A stretch of DNA of 64,000 nucleotides, from assembly GCA_902567115.1 (NCBI GenBank), contig CACFLF010000001.1, forward strand, positions 13,029 to 77,028, written 5' to 3'. Below, in pieces: positions 19,376-29,144 of this stretch. The notes beneath the pieces are model-generated. The model saw nothing but the letters and a program-made list of their open reading frames with translations. It made no database searches and had not been told where the DNA came from. A program made the position numbers and the translations under genes. The number at the start of each line of letters is the position of its first letter. Position 1 is the stretch's first letter. This DNA comes from an uncultured Alphaproteobacteria bacterium. GTDB taxonomy: Bacteria; Pseudomonadota; Alphaproteobacteria; Methylaequorales; Methylaequoraceae.

Positions 19376-20114
19376 CAACATTGCCGATACTTTATTTGAG
19401 GGTATTGTTTCACATACAAGGTATAAACCTTTTACTCATTCATTTAATTATCGTTTTTGTTATTTTTGGTTTTCATTAAACTTTAAACACAAATATAAAT
19501 TTTTTAAAAAAAATAGATTCACTTTATTTTCATTCTACGACAAAGATCATGGAGAAGTTGGTAAAAAATCAGGTAACACATATCAATTATTAAAAAAAAA
19601 ATTTTTAAAAGAAGGCAAAAAAAATATTTATGATATTAAGTCTTTTTGTTTACCTAGAATTTTAGGTTATGTGTTTAACCCAATAACTGTTTTTGTCGGT
19701 TTTGACGATAAAAATAAAGCGACTGCAATAATATATGAGGTTAGTAACACATTCAACGAAAGACACTCATATTATTGTGAAATAAATAAACAAAATAATG
19801 TAAAAAAAAGATTTCACGTTTCTCCTTTTTTTAATATAAATGGCCATTATGTTATTACTTTCAATATTGATAGAAGTTTCGTGAATTTGTTTATAAATTA
19901 TAACATAAATAATCAAAAAATCTTCGAAGCATCGTTTAGGGGAAAATCAGTTGCAATGAATGATAAAAATCTCTTAGGAATATTCTTCAGTAATATCTTT
20001 CAAAATTTCAAAGTTACAATTGCAATACACTTAGAAGCCTTGAAACTTTTTGTAAAGGGTGCAACATATATAAGAAAACCAAAAAAACCAAAAAGTTTTT
20101 TTTCAGAGGGCTAA
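19362..20114 (+). CDS. DUF1365 family protein
   Basis: 250 aa, sits between the COG2907 oxidoreductase and the cfa-like gene as in the conserved cluster; overlaps upstream gene by 14 nt. Confidence 0.65.
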   Translation: MKKINNIADTLFEGIVSHTRYKPFTHSFNYRFCYFWFSLNFKHKYKFFKKNRFTLFSFYDKDHGEVGKKSGNTYQLLKKKFLKEGKKNIYDIKSFCLPRILGYVFNPITVFVGFDDKNKATAIIYEVSNTFNERHSYYCEINKQNNVKKRFHVSPFFNINGHYVITFNIDRSFVNLFINYNINNQKIFEASFRGKSVAMNDKNLLGIFFSNIFQNFKVTIAIHLEALKLFVKGATYIRKPKKPKSFFSEG

Positions 20115-20120
20115 CAATAA

Positions 20121-21305
20121 ATGATTTTTAACACTCAAAGTAAGTTAAATTTATTTTTAAATGTATTAGCACAGAGTAAATACGGCTCAATAAATGTTTA
20201 TAAGGATCATAAGTCTATATTTTCTTTTAACGGAGAGCTTGCGGGACCTGATGCAAATATAAAAATCTTAAATGAGAAATGCATTAGTGATTTTTTTTTA
20301 AGAGGTGACCTTGGTTGGGCTGAAAGTTACGTTGATGGAAATTGGGAAACATCAAACCTCACTGACTTTCTTGAATGGGGTGCACGAAATTTTCATGAAT
20401 TCTCAAAATATGTTAGAGGAAAATGGTTCACCATTTTGTATTTAAGGCTTAAGCATCACTTAAAAAAAAATAGCAGGTCTGGATCGAAAAAGAATATATC
20501 TTTTCACTATGATCTAGGCAACTCGTTTTACGAAAAATGGTTAGACGAATCAATGACATATTCATCAGCTATGTTTAAGAATCCTGAGGATAACCTTCTT
20601 AAAGGCCAAATTAATAAATATGAGAATCTTGCAAATATTACGGGTGTAAAAGAAAATGACAAAATACTTGAAATTGGATGTGGTTGGGGAGGCTTTTCTT
20701 CTTTTTTAGCAAAAAAATACTCAGCAAATGTGACAGCAATTACAATTTCAAAAAAACAGTACGAGAAAGCAAAGCAAAAAATATACGATGATAAGCTCAC
20801 AGATAAAGTTGATGTAAAACTTCTAGATTACAGAAATATTAACGGTAAATATGATAAAATTGTTTCTATAGAAATGTTTGAGGCAGTTGGAGAAAAATAC
20901 TGGTCTAAATACTTTGATGTTCTAAAGAAAAACTTAAAGTCTGACGGATCAATAGGGCTTCAGACAATTACAATTGAGGACAAATTTTTTCAAAAATATA
21001 AAAAGTTTCCAGATTTTATCCAAACTTATATATTTCCGGGTGGTATGCTTCCCTCTGTAGAGGAAATGGATAAGGTCATAACATCTAAAGGCCTTCATAT
21101 CACAAATAAAACAATGTTTGGAAATGACTACGCTAAAACAATAAGAATATGGTCTGAGTCATTTGAGAATTCTTGGGGCTGCATAAAAAGCCTTGGTTTT
21201 AGTGAAAGTTTTAAAAGATTGTGGAACTATTACTTAGGATATTGTGAGGGAGGTTTTAAATCTGGTAATATCAATGTTGGCCAATTTCTAATTAAGAAAG
21301 TCTAG
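20121..21305 (+). CDS. Cyclopropane-fatty-acyl-phospholipid synthase family SAM-dependent methyltransferase
   Basis: SAM-binding ILEIGCGWGGF; CFA synthase-like length (394 aa) and C-terminal region. Confidence 0.85.
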   Translation: MIFNTQSKLNLFLNVLAQSKYGSINVYKDHKSIFSFNGELAGPDANIKILNEKCISDFFLRGDLGWAESYVDGNWETSNLTDFLEWGARNFHEFSKYVRGKWFTILYLRLKHHLKKNSRSGSKKNISFHYDLGNSFYEKWLDESMTYSSAMFKNPEDNLLKGQINKYENLANITGVKENDKILEIGCGWGGFSSFLAKKYSANVTAITISKKQYEKAKQKIYDDKLTDKVDVKLLDYRNINGKYDKIVSIEMFEAVGEKYWSKYFDVLKKNLKSDGSIGLQTITIEDKFFQKYKKFPDFIQTYIFPGGMLPSVEEMDKVITSKGLHITNKTMFGNDYAKTIRIWSESFENSWGCIKSLGFSESFKRLWNYYLGYCEGGFKSGNINVGQFLIKKV

Positions 21306-21306
21306 A

Positions 21307-22596
21307 TTGAAATCTATTTCTTTAAGAAATATAATTTATGCATTTCCCGCATTTGCATTTTCTATTCCCACCTTTCCAGTAATGATTATGCTACCTGCTT
21401 TTTTTGCAGAAGTTCATGGTTTCGAAATTTCAGTAATTGGAATAATTATTTTTTTATCAAAGCTTATAGATATAATCACAGATCCGCTTGTGGGGTGGTT
21501 GAATGATAAAAACTTTTTTCCAAGAAAGGCTTATTTATTAATAGGTGGAATTTTATCTGGTTTGGCACTTACACAACTTTTTTTGAAACAAGATATAGAT
21601 AAAGAGATATTTCTCTTCGTTTGGCTTTCTATTTTATATCTTGGTTGGACAATGTTTCAAATTCCTTATTTATCGATTGGATATGATTTAGAAAAAAATT
21701 ATTTCTTAAGAACTAAGCTTAGTGCAACTCGTGAATTTTTCATTTTACTCGGACTTTTCTGCTCTCTTGGTATCCCAATGTTTTTTAGTATTAGTAATGA
21801 AAAGTTATTGGAAAATATAGTTTTTGTTGCCACACTGTTTGGTTTAATGGGGCTGATTTTATTTTGTAGTTTGATTCCAGAAAATAAGAGAACAAATGAA
21901 AAAAAAATAGAATTCAAAAAAGTTACAAAAAACCTTAAAAAAAATATATATTTTTCAAAAATTTTTTTGGTATTAGTTGTTAATAATTTAGCAAATGTAT
22001 TTCCAATGGTGTTATTTGCTTTCTTTATTACTTATGTTCTAGGCGGTGATGATTCAAACAGGCAAACAACTTTGTTTTTTTACTTTTTATTTGCAATAAT
22101 GGGCGTTCCTTTTTGGACGATTATCAGTAAAAAATATGGAAAAAAAGAAGTGTGGAGTCTTTCGTTATTTATGTCAGCAATGTTTTTTCTTTTGGTATTT
22201 TTTTTAGAAGATGGCAATTTTGTATTTTTTATAATAATTTCTTGCATAACCGGATTTTGTCTTGGGGCAGATTTAATAATACCACCATCCATTCAGGCTG
22301 ATATAACTGATTGGCATCGTAGTAAATTTGGTGAGGATATCTCTGGTGTGCTTTTTTCAATCATAACCTTTCTAAATAAATTTGCTTTTGCTGTAGTAAG
22401 TATTTTTGTATTCGGAATAATGGGGGTTTTAGATTTTGACACAGATGGTGAAATTAATACAAACGTTAGACTTTTTATAATAATTTCTTACGCTATGGCG
22501 CCAATTTTACTTAAGCTCTTAGCTGCTTATTTACTTGTAAATTTTAAATTAAAAGAAAATGAACTTCAAAAAATTCAAAAAAAAATATATGGTTAA
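21307..22596 (+). CDS. MFS transporter, GPH (glycoside-pentoside-hexuronide:cation symporter) family
   Basis: 12-TM profile; D-P-L-V-G-W-L-N-D motif in the TM2-3 loop. Track start is TTG 21307; an alternative ATG start lies 25 codons downstream. Confidence 0.7.
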   Translation: MKSISLRNIIYAFPAFAFSIPTFPVMIMLPAFFAEVHGFEISVIGIIIFLSKLIDIITDPLVGWLNDKNFFPRKAYLLIGGILSGLALTQLFLKQDIDKEIFLFVWLSILYLGWTMFQIPYLSIGYDLEKNYFLRTKLSATREFFILLGLFCSLGIPMFFSISNEKLLENIVFVATLFGLMGLILFCSLIPENKRTNEKKIEFKKVTKNLKKNIYFSKIFLVLVVNNLANVFPMVLFAFFITYVLGGDDSNRQTTLFFYFLFAIMGVPFWTIISKKYGKKEVWSLSLFMSAMFFLLVFFLEDGNFVFFIIISCITGFCLGADLIIPPSIQADITDWHRSKFGEDISGVLFSIITFLNKFAFAVVSIFVFGIMGVLDFDTDGEINTNVRLFIIISYAMAPILLKLLAAYLLVNFKLKENELQKIQKKIYG

Positions 22597-22621
22597 TATT
22601 ATTTAATTAAATTTAATAACG

Positions 22622-23146
22622 ATGAAATTTTTTTTTACTATTTTAATTTTTTTAATAAGTTCGTGTAGTAGTCAAATGAATATAGAAAAGTTCAAAGGAA
22701 GTCAGCCAACATTTACTTTAGAGGATTATTTTGAAGGCAAGACAGAGGCCTGGGGAATGTTTCATGATAGATTTGGTAATTTAAAGAGAACATTTAAAGT
22801 CGACATTATTGGGACAATAGAATCTAACACACTCACGCTTGATGAAAAATTTCTATATGATGATGGAGAACAAGATTCAAGAGTTTGGACTATCAAGATT
22901 TTAGGAAATAATCAATATAGTGGTACCGCTTCAGACGTTGTTGGAGAAGCTACGGGGATATCTGAAGGTAATGCTCTTAATTGGAAATATAAGCTTAATT
23001 TAAAAGTTGGTGACAGTACAATCTTAGTTGATTTTGATGATTGGATGTTTTTACAAGATAGAAATATTCTTATGAATAGGGCAGAAGTAAAAAAGTGGGG
23101 CCTTAATATTGGAGTAGTATCTATAACATTCTTAAAAATTAATTAA
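22622..23146 (+). CDS. DUF3833-family lipoprotein
   Basis: Lipobox ISSC at the N-terminus; 174 aa; DUF3833-like lipoproteins commonly accompany cfa-like clusters. Confidence 0.55.
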   Translation: MKFFFTILIFLISSCSSQMNIEKFKGSQPTFTLEDYFEGKTEAWGMFHDRFGNLKRTFKVDIIGTIESNTLTLDEKFLYDDGEQDSRVWTIKILGNNQYSGTASDVVGEATGISEGNALNWKYKLNLKVGDSTILVDFDDWMFLQDRNILMNRAEVKKWGLNIGVVSITFLKIN

Positions 23147-23548
23147 CTATTTATGAATTCTTTTAAAAATTGAGCCTATTAATGGAAGATGTGAATAAAA
23201 ATTTCTACCAGAGTCCCAATAATCAATATGCTTTGTAATTAACTTTTCTTTAATATAAATTTCACTCATACCTGTAAATGAGATTGTTTTTTTTAAAAAC
23301 TCACAACTAAAATTCCACTTAACAACATTTACAAGCTTATGTTCATAAACCATTATGATTTTAAATTTTGGTTTCTTTAGCCTTTTAAACATGTTTTTGA
23401 GTAAAGCTTTAAATTGATTCTTGCCTTTTATTTTTTGAAAAGGGTCTTCGAATACGAAGTTTTCAGAAACGGTAGATAACAGGTCATCTATTTTATTGTC
23501 CTGAAGTTTTTCAAAGTGACTAAGATATTTTTGTAAGGCTTTTTTCAT
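23147..23548 (-). CDS. NTF2-like/SnoaL-like small protein
   Basis: 133 aa; pattern consistent with the SnoaL/NTF2-like fold family found in cfa-like clusters; weak. Confidence 0.45.
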   Translation of the reverse strand: MKKALQKYLSHFEKLQDNKIDDLLSTVSENFVFEDPFQKIKGKNQFKALLKNMFKRLKKPKFKIIMVYEHKLVNVVKWNFSCEFLKKTISFTGMSEIYIKEKLITKHIDYWDSGRNFYSHLPLIGSIFKRIHK

Positions 23549-24309
23549 TAGGGAAGTTTTATTAATTTTTTAATCAGAAAAAAATAAATACTGTAGGGTA
23601 ATAACCTTAATAATTTCATGGGGATAATTAGTTTTTTTGGAAAAAAGATTTCAAATTGTTTACTCTCTAGTTTTTTATAAATTTTTTTTGCAGCATTCTG
23701 CGGCGTCATTAAAAAAGGCATAAAAAAAGGGTTTTGATCTGTCATTGGTGTTTTCACAAAACCTGGGTTTACAACCTGTACTTTGATTTTACTTTGATGA
23801 AACTCAATGTTCAAAGTCTCAGCTAAGAAAGTTAGAGCTGATTTTGTAACACCATAAAATCCTCCACCTGGTAACCCTTGGTAACCTGCTGGGGAAGATA
23901 CAAAAACAATATGACCTTTTTTATTTTTCTGCATTTCTTTAGCTACAGGCGAAAGAACATTGATTGCACCTAAAAGATTTATATCTACAACTTTTTTAGC
24001 TTCTGCTGTAGAAATTTTGGTAATTGATCCTGGACTATAAATTGCAGCATTGAGAATAAGTAAATCAATGTCTTTAAATTTTTTGTAAATAGACTTTGAA
24101 ACTTTCAAACATTGATTTTGGCTACTGACATTCAAAGAAATGGGATGAATTTTTTTCTTATTTATATTTGCAGTTTCTATTAATTTTTCTTTTCTTCTTC
24201 CGCTTATAATGACGTCATATTCTTGTTTAGCAAGAATTAGAGCAAGTTCTTTCCCAATGCCGGTGCCCCCACCAGTAATCCATGCAACTTTATTCTTTTT
24301 TAGAGTCAT
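23548..24309 (-). CDS. Short-chain dehydrogenase/reductase (SDR)
   Basis: TGGGTGIGKELA cofactor motif; YxxxK region; 253 aa. Confidence 0.85.
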   Translation of the reverse strand: MTLKKNKVAWITGGGTGIGKELALILAKQEYDVIISGRRKEKLIETANINKKKIHPISLNVSSQNQCLKVSKSIYKKFKDIDLLILNAAIYSPGSITKISTAEAKKVVDINLLGAINVLSPVAKEMQKNKKGHIVFVSSPAGYQGLPGGGFYGVTKSALTFLAETLNIEFHQSKIKVQVVNPGFVKTPMTDQNPFFMPFLMTPQNAAKKIYKKLESKQFEIFFPKKLIIPMKLLRLLPYSIYFFLIKKLIKLP

Positions 24310-24961
24310 ATTCCTTTAAAAAATACTCAATTGTACTACCATCTTTTAGAAAAATCATTTTCACCCATTTTTTATCTTTATACCAGATGTCAATATCTAC
24401 ATCATCACCAGTAATTTCTTTACCTAATAATTTGTAACGTGAAGCTTTGAGTGAATTATTATAAATCATTTCATCACCGAGATATTTAATTTCAAAATCA
24501 ATGTAACTACAATCTTGAGAATTCAAAACTTGATTTTTCTCTCCAGTAATTAATTGGTCAAACTTCCAGTATGTCGTTGGTGTGATTTTTTTATCAAGAG
24601 TAAAATCGCCATTAGTTCCCAAAATTTTAAACTTATTTTCTTTTTTATTAACTTTACAGTCCAATAAGTCACCATTTTTATCGGTTCTGGCCTCCATAAA
24701 GACTAGCGTGTTATTCATCCATTTTTCAAGATTTTTATGGAAATACTCATACACTACAAAACCAAGAAAAGTAACTTCGAACTTTATTTCAATCTTTGAT
24801 TCTATCAGACTATCTTTCTCATAGAAATCTAAGTTGTGATAACCAATTAATGAGCCATTTCTGTAAACATTAAAATTGAGTTTTTCAGCTGCTATTTTTG
24901 AAACTGATATTGAAGGTAAGAAAAGGATAAAAAAGATAAAAAGAAATGTGAATTTTTTCAA
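24290..24961 (-). CDS. Secreted hypothetical protein (start re-called to TTG at 24961)
   Basis: From the TTG the product begins MKKFTFLFIFFILFLPSISVSKIAAEK (signal peptide). The track's extra N-terminal 14 codons run through a GC-rich hairpin. Confidence 0.45.
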   Translation of the reverse strand: MKKFTFLFIFFILFLPSISVSKIAAEKLNFNVYRNGSLIGYHNLDFYEKDSLIESKIEIKFEVTFLGFVVYEYFHKNLEKWMNNTLVFMEARTDKNGDLLDCKVNKKENKFKILGTNGDFTLDKKITPTTYWKFDQLITGEKNQVLNSQDCSYIDFEIKYLGDEMIYNNSLKASRYKLLGKEITGDDVDIDIWYKDKKWVKMIFLKDGSTIEYFLKEYDSKKE

Positions 24962-25019
24962 GTGTTTGTTGAGTTGAGCTGGTAGGGGTATTAGCCCTAC
25001 CAACTACGAATATTTTATA

Positions 25020-25751
25020 TTATCTTCTTTGTCCAAATAATTGGATTAGCATAATGAAGAGGTTGATAAAATCTAGATATAAAGTCAAAGCTCCCATTAT
25101 TGCTTTTTTACCTTCTTGTCCAGAACCATCAAAGTACATTGCTTTAATGCGCTGAGTGTCATATGCAGTAAGTCCTGCAAATACTAGGACACCAATTACT
25201 GAAATTCCAAACTGAAGCGCGGTACTAGCTACGAAGATATTCACAATTGAAGCTATCAATATACCAATTAGTCCAATAAACAGAAACGAACCCCAACCTG
25301 TTAAATCCTTTTTGGTGGTGTAACCGTAGAGACTTAGAGCTCCAAAAGCTCCGGCAGATATGAAAAATACTCGAGCAACTGATTCACCAGTGTACTGAAT
25401 GAAAATTGATGATAGAGAAAGTCCCATCACAGAAGCAAATGCCCAAAATAGGATTTGAACAGTACTTTCCTTCATTCTTGCAATACCCATGTTTAAAGCA
25501 ATAATGAAACCTAATGGTGCCAGCATTATTAAAAATGCTAGAGGCGAACCGTAGATAGCTGCACCAAAAGATGTATAGGTATTTGTGGTAAAATTGAAAG
25601 CCAAAGTTGATGTAAGATGGGCGATGACACCGGTGAGTGCCAAACCAACTGCCATAAAAGAATAGACCTTATTCATGTAGGCTCTAAGACCTAAATCTAT
25701 ATCAATGGATGTAGATTTGGACTTTAGATCTCTTTCATAGTCGTAAGCCAT
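25020..25751 (-). CDS. Bax inhibitor-1/YccA family membrane protein
   Basis: 7-TM profile with the typical BI-1 N-terminus (DLGLRAYMNKVYSFMAVGLALTG); 243 aa. Confidence 0.8.
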   Translation of the reverse strand: MAYDYERDLKSKSTSIDIDLGLRAYMNKVYSFMAVGLALTGVIAHLTSTLAFNFTTNTYTSFGAAIYGSPLAFLIMLAPLGFIIALNMGIARMKESTVQILFWAFASVMGLSLSSIFIQYTGESVARVFFISAGAFGALSLYGYTTKKDLTGWGSFLFIGLIGILIASIVNIFVASTALQFGISVIGVLVFAGLTAYDTQRIKAMYFDGSGQEGKKAIMGALTLYLDFINLFIMLIQLFGQRR

Positions 25752-25859
25752 TTTTAAACTCCTTATTTTAAATGTTTTACATGTAGTATAATATACTACT
25801 ATTATTAATTATAGTTAAAATATGATACAAAATTTTTAAATCAAGAATTTTATTTTATT

Positions 25860-26900
25860 ATGAAATATAACAAGTTAGGTAATACAAACATCGACGTAAG
25901 TCTAATTTGCCTTGGAACAATGACTTGGGGCGAACAAAATTCTGAAGAAGAGGGGTTTCAGCAGATGGATTTGGCAGTTTCTCAAGGTGTAAATTTCTTT
26001 GATACTGCTGAACTTTATTCCGTGCCTCCAAAAAAAGAAACATGGGGTGTGACAGAAAAAATTATTGGTAATTGGCTAAAATCTAGAAAATGCCGAGACA
26101 AAGTAATTATCGCTTCAAAGGTAGTTGGAAGATCTGGCATGAAGTGGTTTCGTAATAAGGAAACTAGACTTAACGAACAACAAATTAATGAAGCGATAGA
26201 TGGTAGTTTAAAAAGACTTAAAACAGATTATATTGATTTATATCAATTACACTGGCCAGATAGAAAATCAAATTTTTTTGGAAAATTAGGTTATAAATTT
26301 GAAGAAGAATCAGATTTTATTGATTTAAAAGTTCAACTTGAAGTTCTTTCAGATAATATAAAAAAAGGTAAAATAAGATATATTGGTCTTTCTAATGAAA
26401 CTCCCTGGGGATTAATGAAATTTCTCTCCTTAGCCGAAAAGTTTGGTCTTCCAAGAATTGTTTCTGTCCAGAACCCCTACTCTCTTTTAAACAGAAGTTA
26501 TGAGGTAGGAATGGCAGAAATATCAATTAGAGAGAAATGTGGATTATTAGCTTATTCGCCTCTAGCATTTGGAATGTTAACAGGAAAATATGATAATGGA
26601 GCAAAACCTGACGGAGCTAGACTGACCTTATATTCAAACATGTATACAAGGTATACGAAGCCGAAGGGCTTAAAATACTCAGAAAAATTCAACAGCCTTG
26701 CAAGAGAGCATGGCCTAACGCCAGTTCAAATGGCTTTAGGTTTTGTAAATTCAAGAAATTTTTTAACAAGTAATATTATTGGCGCAACTGATTTAGAACA
26801 GCTAAAGGATAATATTGATTCGTTCAAAATTAATTTAACAGATGAGGTGGTTTCTGAAATTGAAAAAATTCATGATGAAAATCCATACCCATGTCCGTAA
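25860..26900 (+). CDS. Aldo/keto reductase (Tas-like NADP(H)-dependent oxidoreductase)
   Basis: LGNTNIDVSLICLGTMTWG N-terminus and AKR catalytic tetrad regions; 346 aa. Confidence 0.85.
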   Translation: MKYNKLGNTNIDVSLICLGTMTWGEQNSEEEGFQQMDLAVSQGVNFFDTAELYSVPPKKETWGVTEKIIGNWLKSRKCRDKVIIASKVVGRSGMKWFRNKETRLNEQQINEAIDGSLKRLKTDYIDLYQLHWPDRKSNFFGKLGYKFEEESDFIDLKVQLEVLSDNIKKGKIRYIGLSNETPWGLMKFLSLAEKFGLPRIVSVQNPYSLLNRSYEVGMAEISIREKCGLLAYSPLAFGMLTGKYDNGAKPDGARLTLYSNMYTRYTKPKGLKYSEKFNSLAREHGLTPVQMALGFVNSRNFLTSNIIGATDLEQLKDNIDSFKINLTDEVVSEIEKIHDENPYPCP

Positions 26901-26901
26901 T

Positions 26902-27753
26902 CTATTTTTTTTGAACTAAGAAACTTGTTAAACAGACTATTAATATTCCGAATAAACTCATAAAATTTATTTTTTCGTCAAAGAAAATAAATCCAAATAT
27001 TGTAGAAAAAATTATTCTAGAATAACTAAGAATAACAACATTTTTTGTTTCAAAGTTTTTATAGGATTCCGTGTTAAAATATTGTCCAAGTAATGCTGTT
27101 AAGGTTATTAAAAAATAACTTCCAATTAAATCAACAGATTTAAAAGAAATTTTACTATAAAAAATTGAAAAAAAAATAATTGTAGAAAAAAGGGAATGAT
27201 AAAAAAGTATAGTCAAGGTTTCTTCCCTTTTACTCAAATAAGATATGGAAATAATGCCTCCTGATACACATATCGCAGAGAATAAAGCCATGTAAACCCC
27301 AGTGTCACTCTCAATTTGTCCCGGTCTAGTAATCAAAACAATTCCCAAAAATCCTAAAAATATTAAAACAATTAATTTTAAGTTTAATTTTTCTGAGAAT
27401 ATAAAAAATGAAATTAAACAGGTAAAAAAAACTTTTGTAAATCCAATTGTACTGGCTTGAGCTAATGTAAGAAACATCAAAGATTGATATCCGAAATACA
27501 TGGCTGATATTCCACAAACACACCTAAAAATGTGAATTTTAATATTTCCTGTATTTATCAAAAAAAAAATCCTTTTTTGAGTCAATAGAATAATCAACAA
27601 TAATAATAACATCCCAATGAATGATCTGTAGAAAACAAGGTTTTCTATGTTATCTATTAAAAGTAACTTTTTTATCTGGACGCCAAGAATTGCAAAAAAA
27701 AAACAACTAATTATCTGGTAAGATGGTTTTATTTTTCTCATTTCTTCTAACAC
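26902..27753 (-). CDS. EamA/DMT-family transporter
   Basis: 10-TM duplicated EamA-like profile; 283 aa. Confidence 0.7.
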   Translation of the reverse strand: MLEEMRKIKPSYQIISCFFFAILGVQIKKLLLIDNIENLVFYRSFIGMLLLLLIILLTQKRIFFLINTGNIKIHIFRCVCGISAMYFGYQSLMFLTLAQASTIGFTKVFFTCLISFFIFSEKLNLKLIVLIFLGFLGIVLITRPGQIESDTGVYMALFSAICVSGGIISISYLSKREETLTILFYHSLFSTIIFFSIFYSKISFKSVDLIGSYFLITLTALLGQYFNTESYKNFETKNVVILSYSRIIFSTIFGFIFFDEKINFMSLFGILIVCLTSFLVQKK

Positions 27754-28570
27754 TAATAAACTTAATATTTGAACATAAAATTAAACCGGATCCACAGATT
27801 ATTGTTATAAGATCAATTTTCTCTTCAAAAAAAATAAATCCTATTATAGTAGTAAATAACAATTTAGAAAAATCAAAAGACATCAAATTGGTCAACTTTG
27901 TTATACTTAGAGCTTTTGTCCAACAAAAATTCCCTAGTGTTGCTATAACTGAAATAATAATCAATAAGTATAATTGATGAATATTTGGTGTTGACCAAAC
28001 CATCATAGTAGGAATACCAGCGATAGGAGTCATCAATAACACCATACTAAACATTAGAGTGATTACAGATTCATTTCTTGATATTTTTTTTACCAACAAA
28101 CCTGCTATTGCATGGGTCATTGCAGCAATAAGAGCTAGAATAACTCCAAATTTTATTTCTAAATCTGGTCGAATTATTATAATAGTTAAGACAAATCCAA
28201 GAAGAATTATACAATTATTTAATCTAGAAGTTTTTTCTTTAAAAAATAATATCGCCCCAAGATAAATAAAAAGAGGAGTGCTAAAGCTAACTGCCATAGC
28301 CTGCGAAAGGGGAATAAGTGAATAAGACCAAAAAAGAAGAATCATTGTTATACCCCCAAAGATTCCTCTTAAAACTAAAAGTTTGATATTACTACTTTTA
28401 TTAATTATTTTCCTTGATTGAATAACAAATGGAATAAGTAATAAAATACTAATTAAATTTCTAAAGAATGCTTGTTCGATGGGATGAATAAACTGAGAGC
28501 CAAATTTTATCAAAGCTGCGAGGACTGAAAAAAGAAAACAGGACGAAACAAGTAAAAAAATTGGATACAT
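27707..28570 (-). CDS. EamA/DMT-family transporter (second, tandem)
   Basis: 10-TM EamA-like; overlaps the downstream paralog by 47 nt. Confidence 0.7.
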   Translation of the reverse strand: MYPIFLLVSSCFLFSVLAALIKFGSQFIHPIEQAFFRNLISILLLIPFVIQSRKIINKSSNIKLLVLRGIFGGITMILLFWSYSLIPLSQAMAVSFSTPLFIYLGAILFFKEKTSRLNNCIILLGFVLTIIIIRPDLEIKFGVILALIAAMTHAIAGLLVKKISRNESVITLMFSMVLLMTPIAGIPTMMVWSTPNIHQLYLLIIISVIATLGNFCWTKALSITKLTNLMSFDFSKLLFTTIIGFIFFEEKIDLITIICGSGLILCSNIKFISVRRNEKNKTILPDN

Positions 28571-28611
28571 ATCTTATTTGAATTATAGTCTCTTGCAATT
28601 TATTAACTAAT

Positions 28612-29136
28612 ATGTCAATAAAAATAATGAATTTAAAAATAACTTATAAATATCTGATAACTATTCTAGTAGTTTTTTTATTTACTGAAACAAAATCTAA
28701 AGAACTAGGAAAATTTAATGATTGGAGTGCTTACGCAGAGGGTGAAGGAAAAAACCTAGCCTGCCTCGCGGTTTCTAAACCCAAAAAAGCAGAAGGAAAC
28801 TATAAAAGAAGAGGTGAGATTTTTGCTGTCATCACACATCTACCTGGTCAGAATAAATGGAATGAGTTCAGTATAGTGGCAGGATACAATTATAAAGCAG
28901 ATAGTAACCCAGAAATCACTGTTGGTGATGCAAAATTTCAATTATTTACATCAGGATCAAGAGCGTGGAGTTTTAGTCCACCTGATGATGAAAAAATTAT
29001 TAAATTCTTAAAGTCATCAATGAAAATGAAAGTTGTTGGAACTTCAACAAGAGGAACGATAACAACAGATACCTATTCTTTAATGGGTTTCAGCAAAGCA
29101 TACCAGCAAATAAATGAAGCTTGCCAAAAGAAATAG
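28612..29136 (+). CDS. Invasion-associated locus B (IalB) family protein
   Basis: Signal peptide; FNDWSAY...C...C pattern typical of the alphaproteobacterial IalB family; 174 aa. Confidence 0.6.
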   Translation: MSIKIMNLKITYKYLITILVVFLFTETKSKELGKFNDWSAYAEGEGKNLACLAVSKPKKAEGNYKRRGEIFAVITHLPGQNKWNEFSIVAGYNYKADSNPEITVGDAKFQLFTSGSRAWSFSPPDDEKIIKFLKSSMKMKVVGTSTRGTITTDTYSLMGFSKAYQQINEACQKK

Positions 29137-29144
29137 TAAACTTT

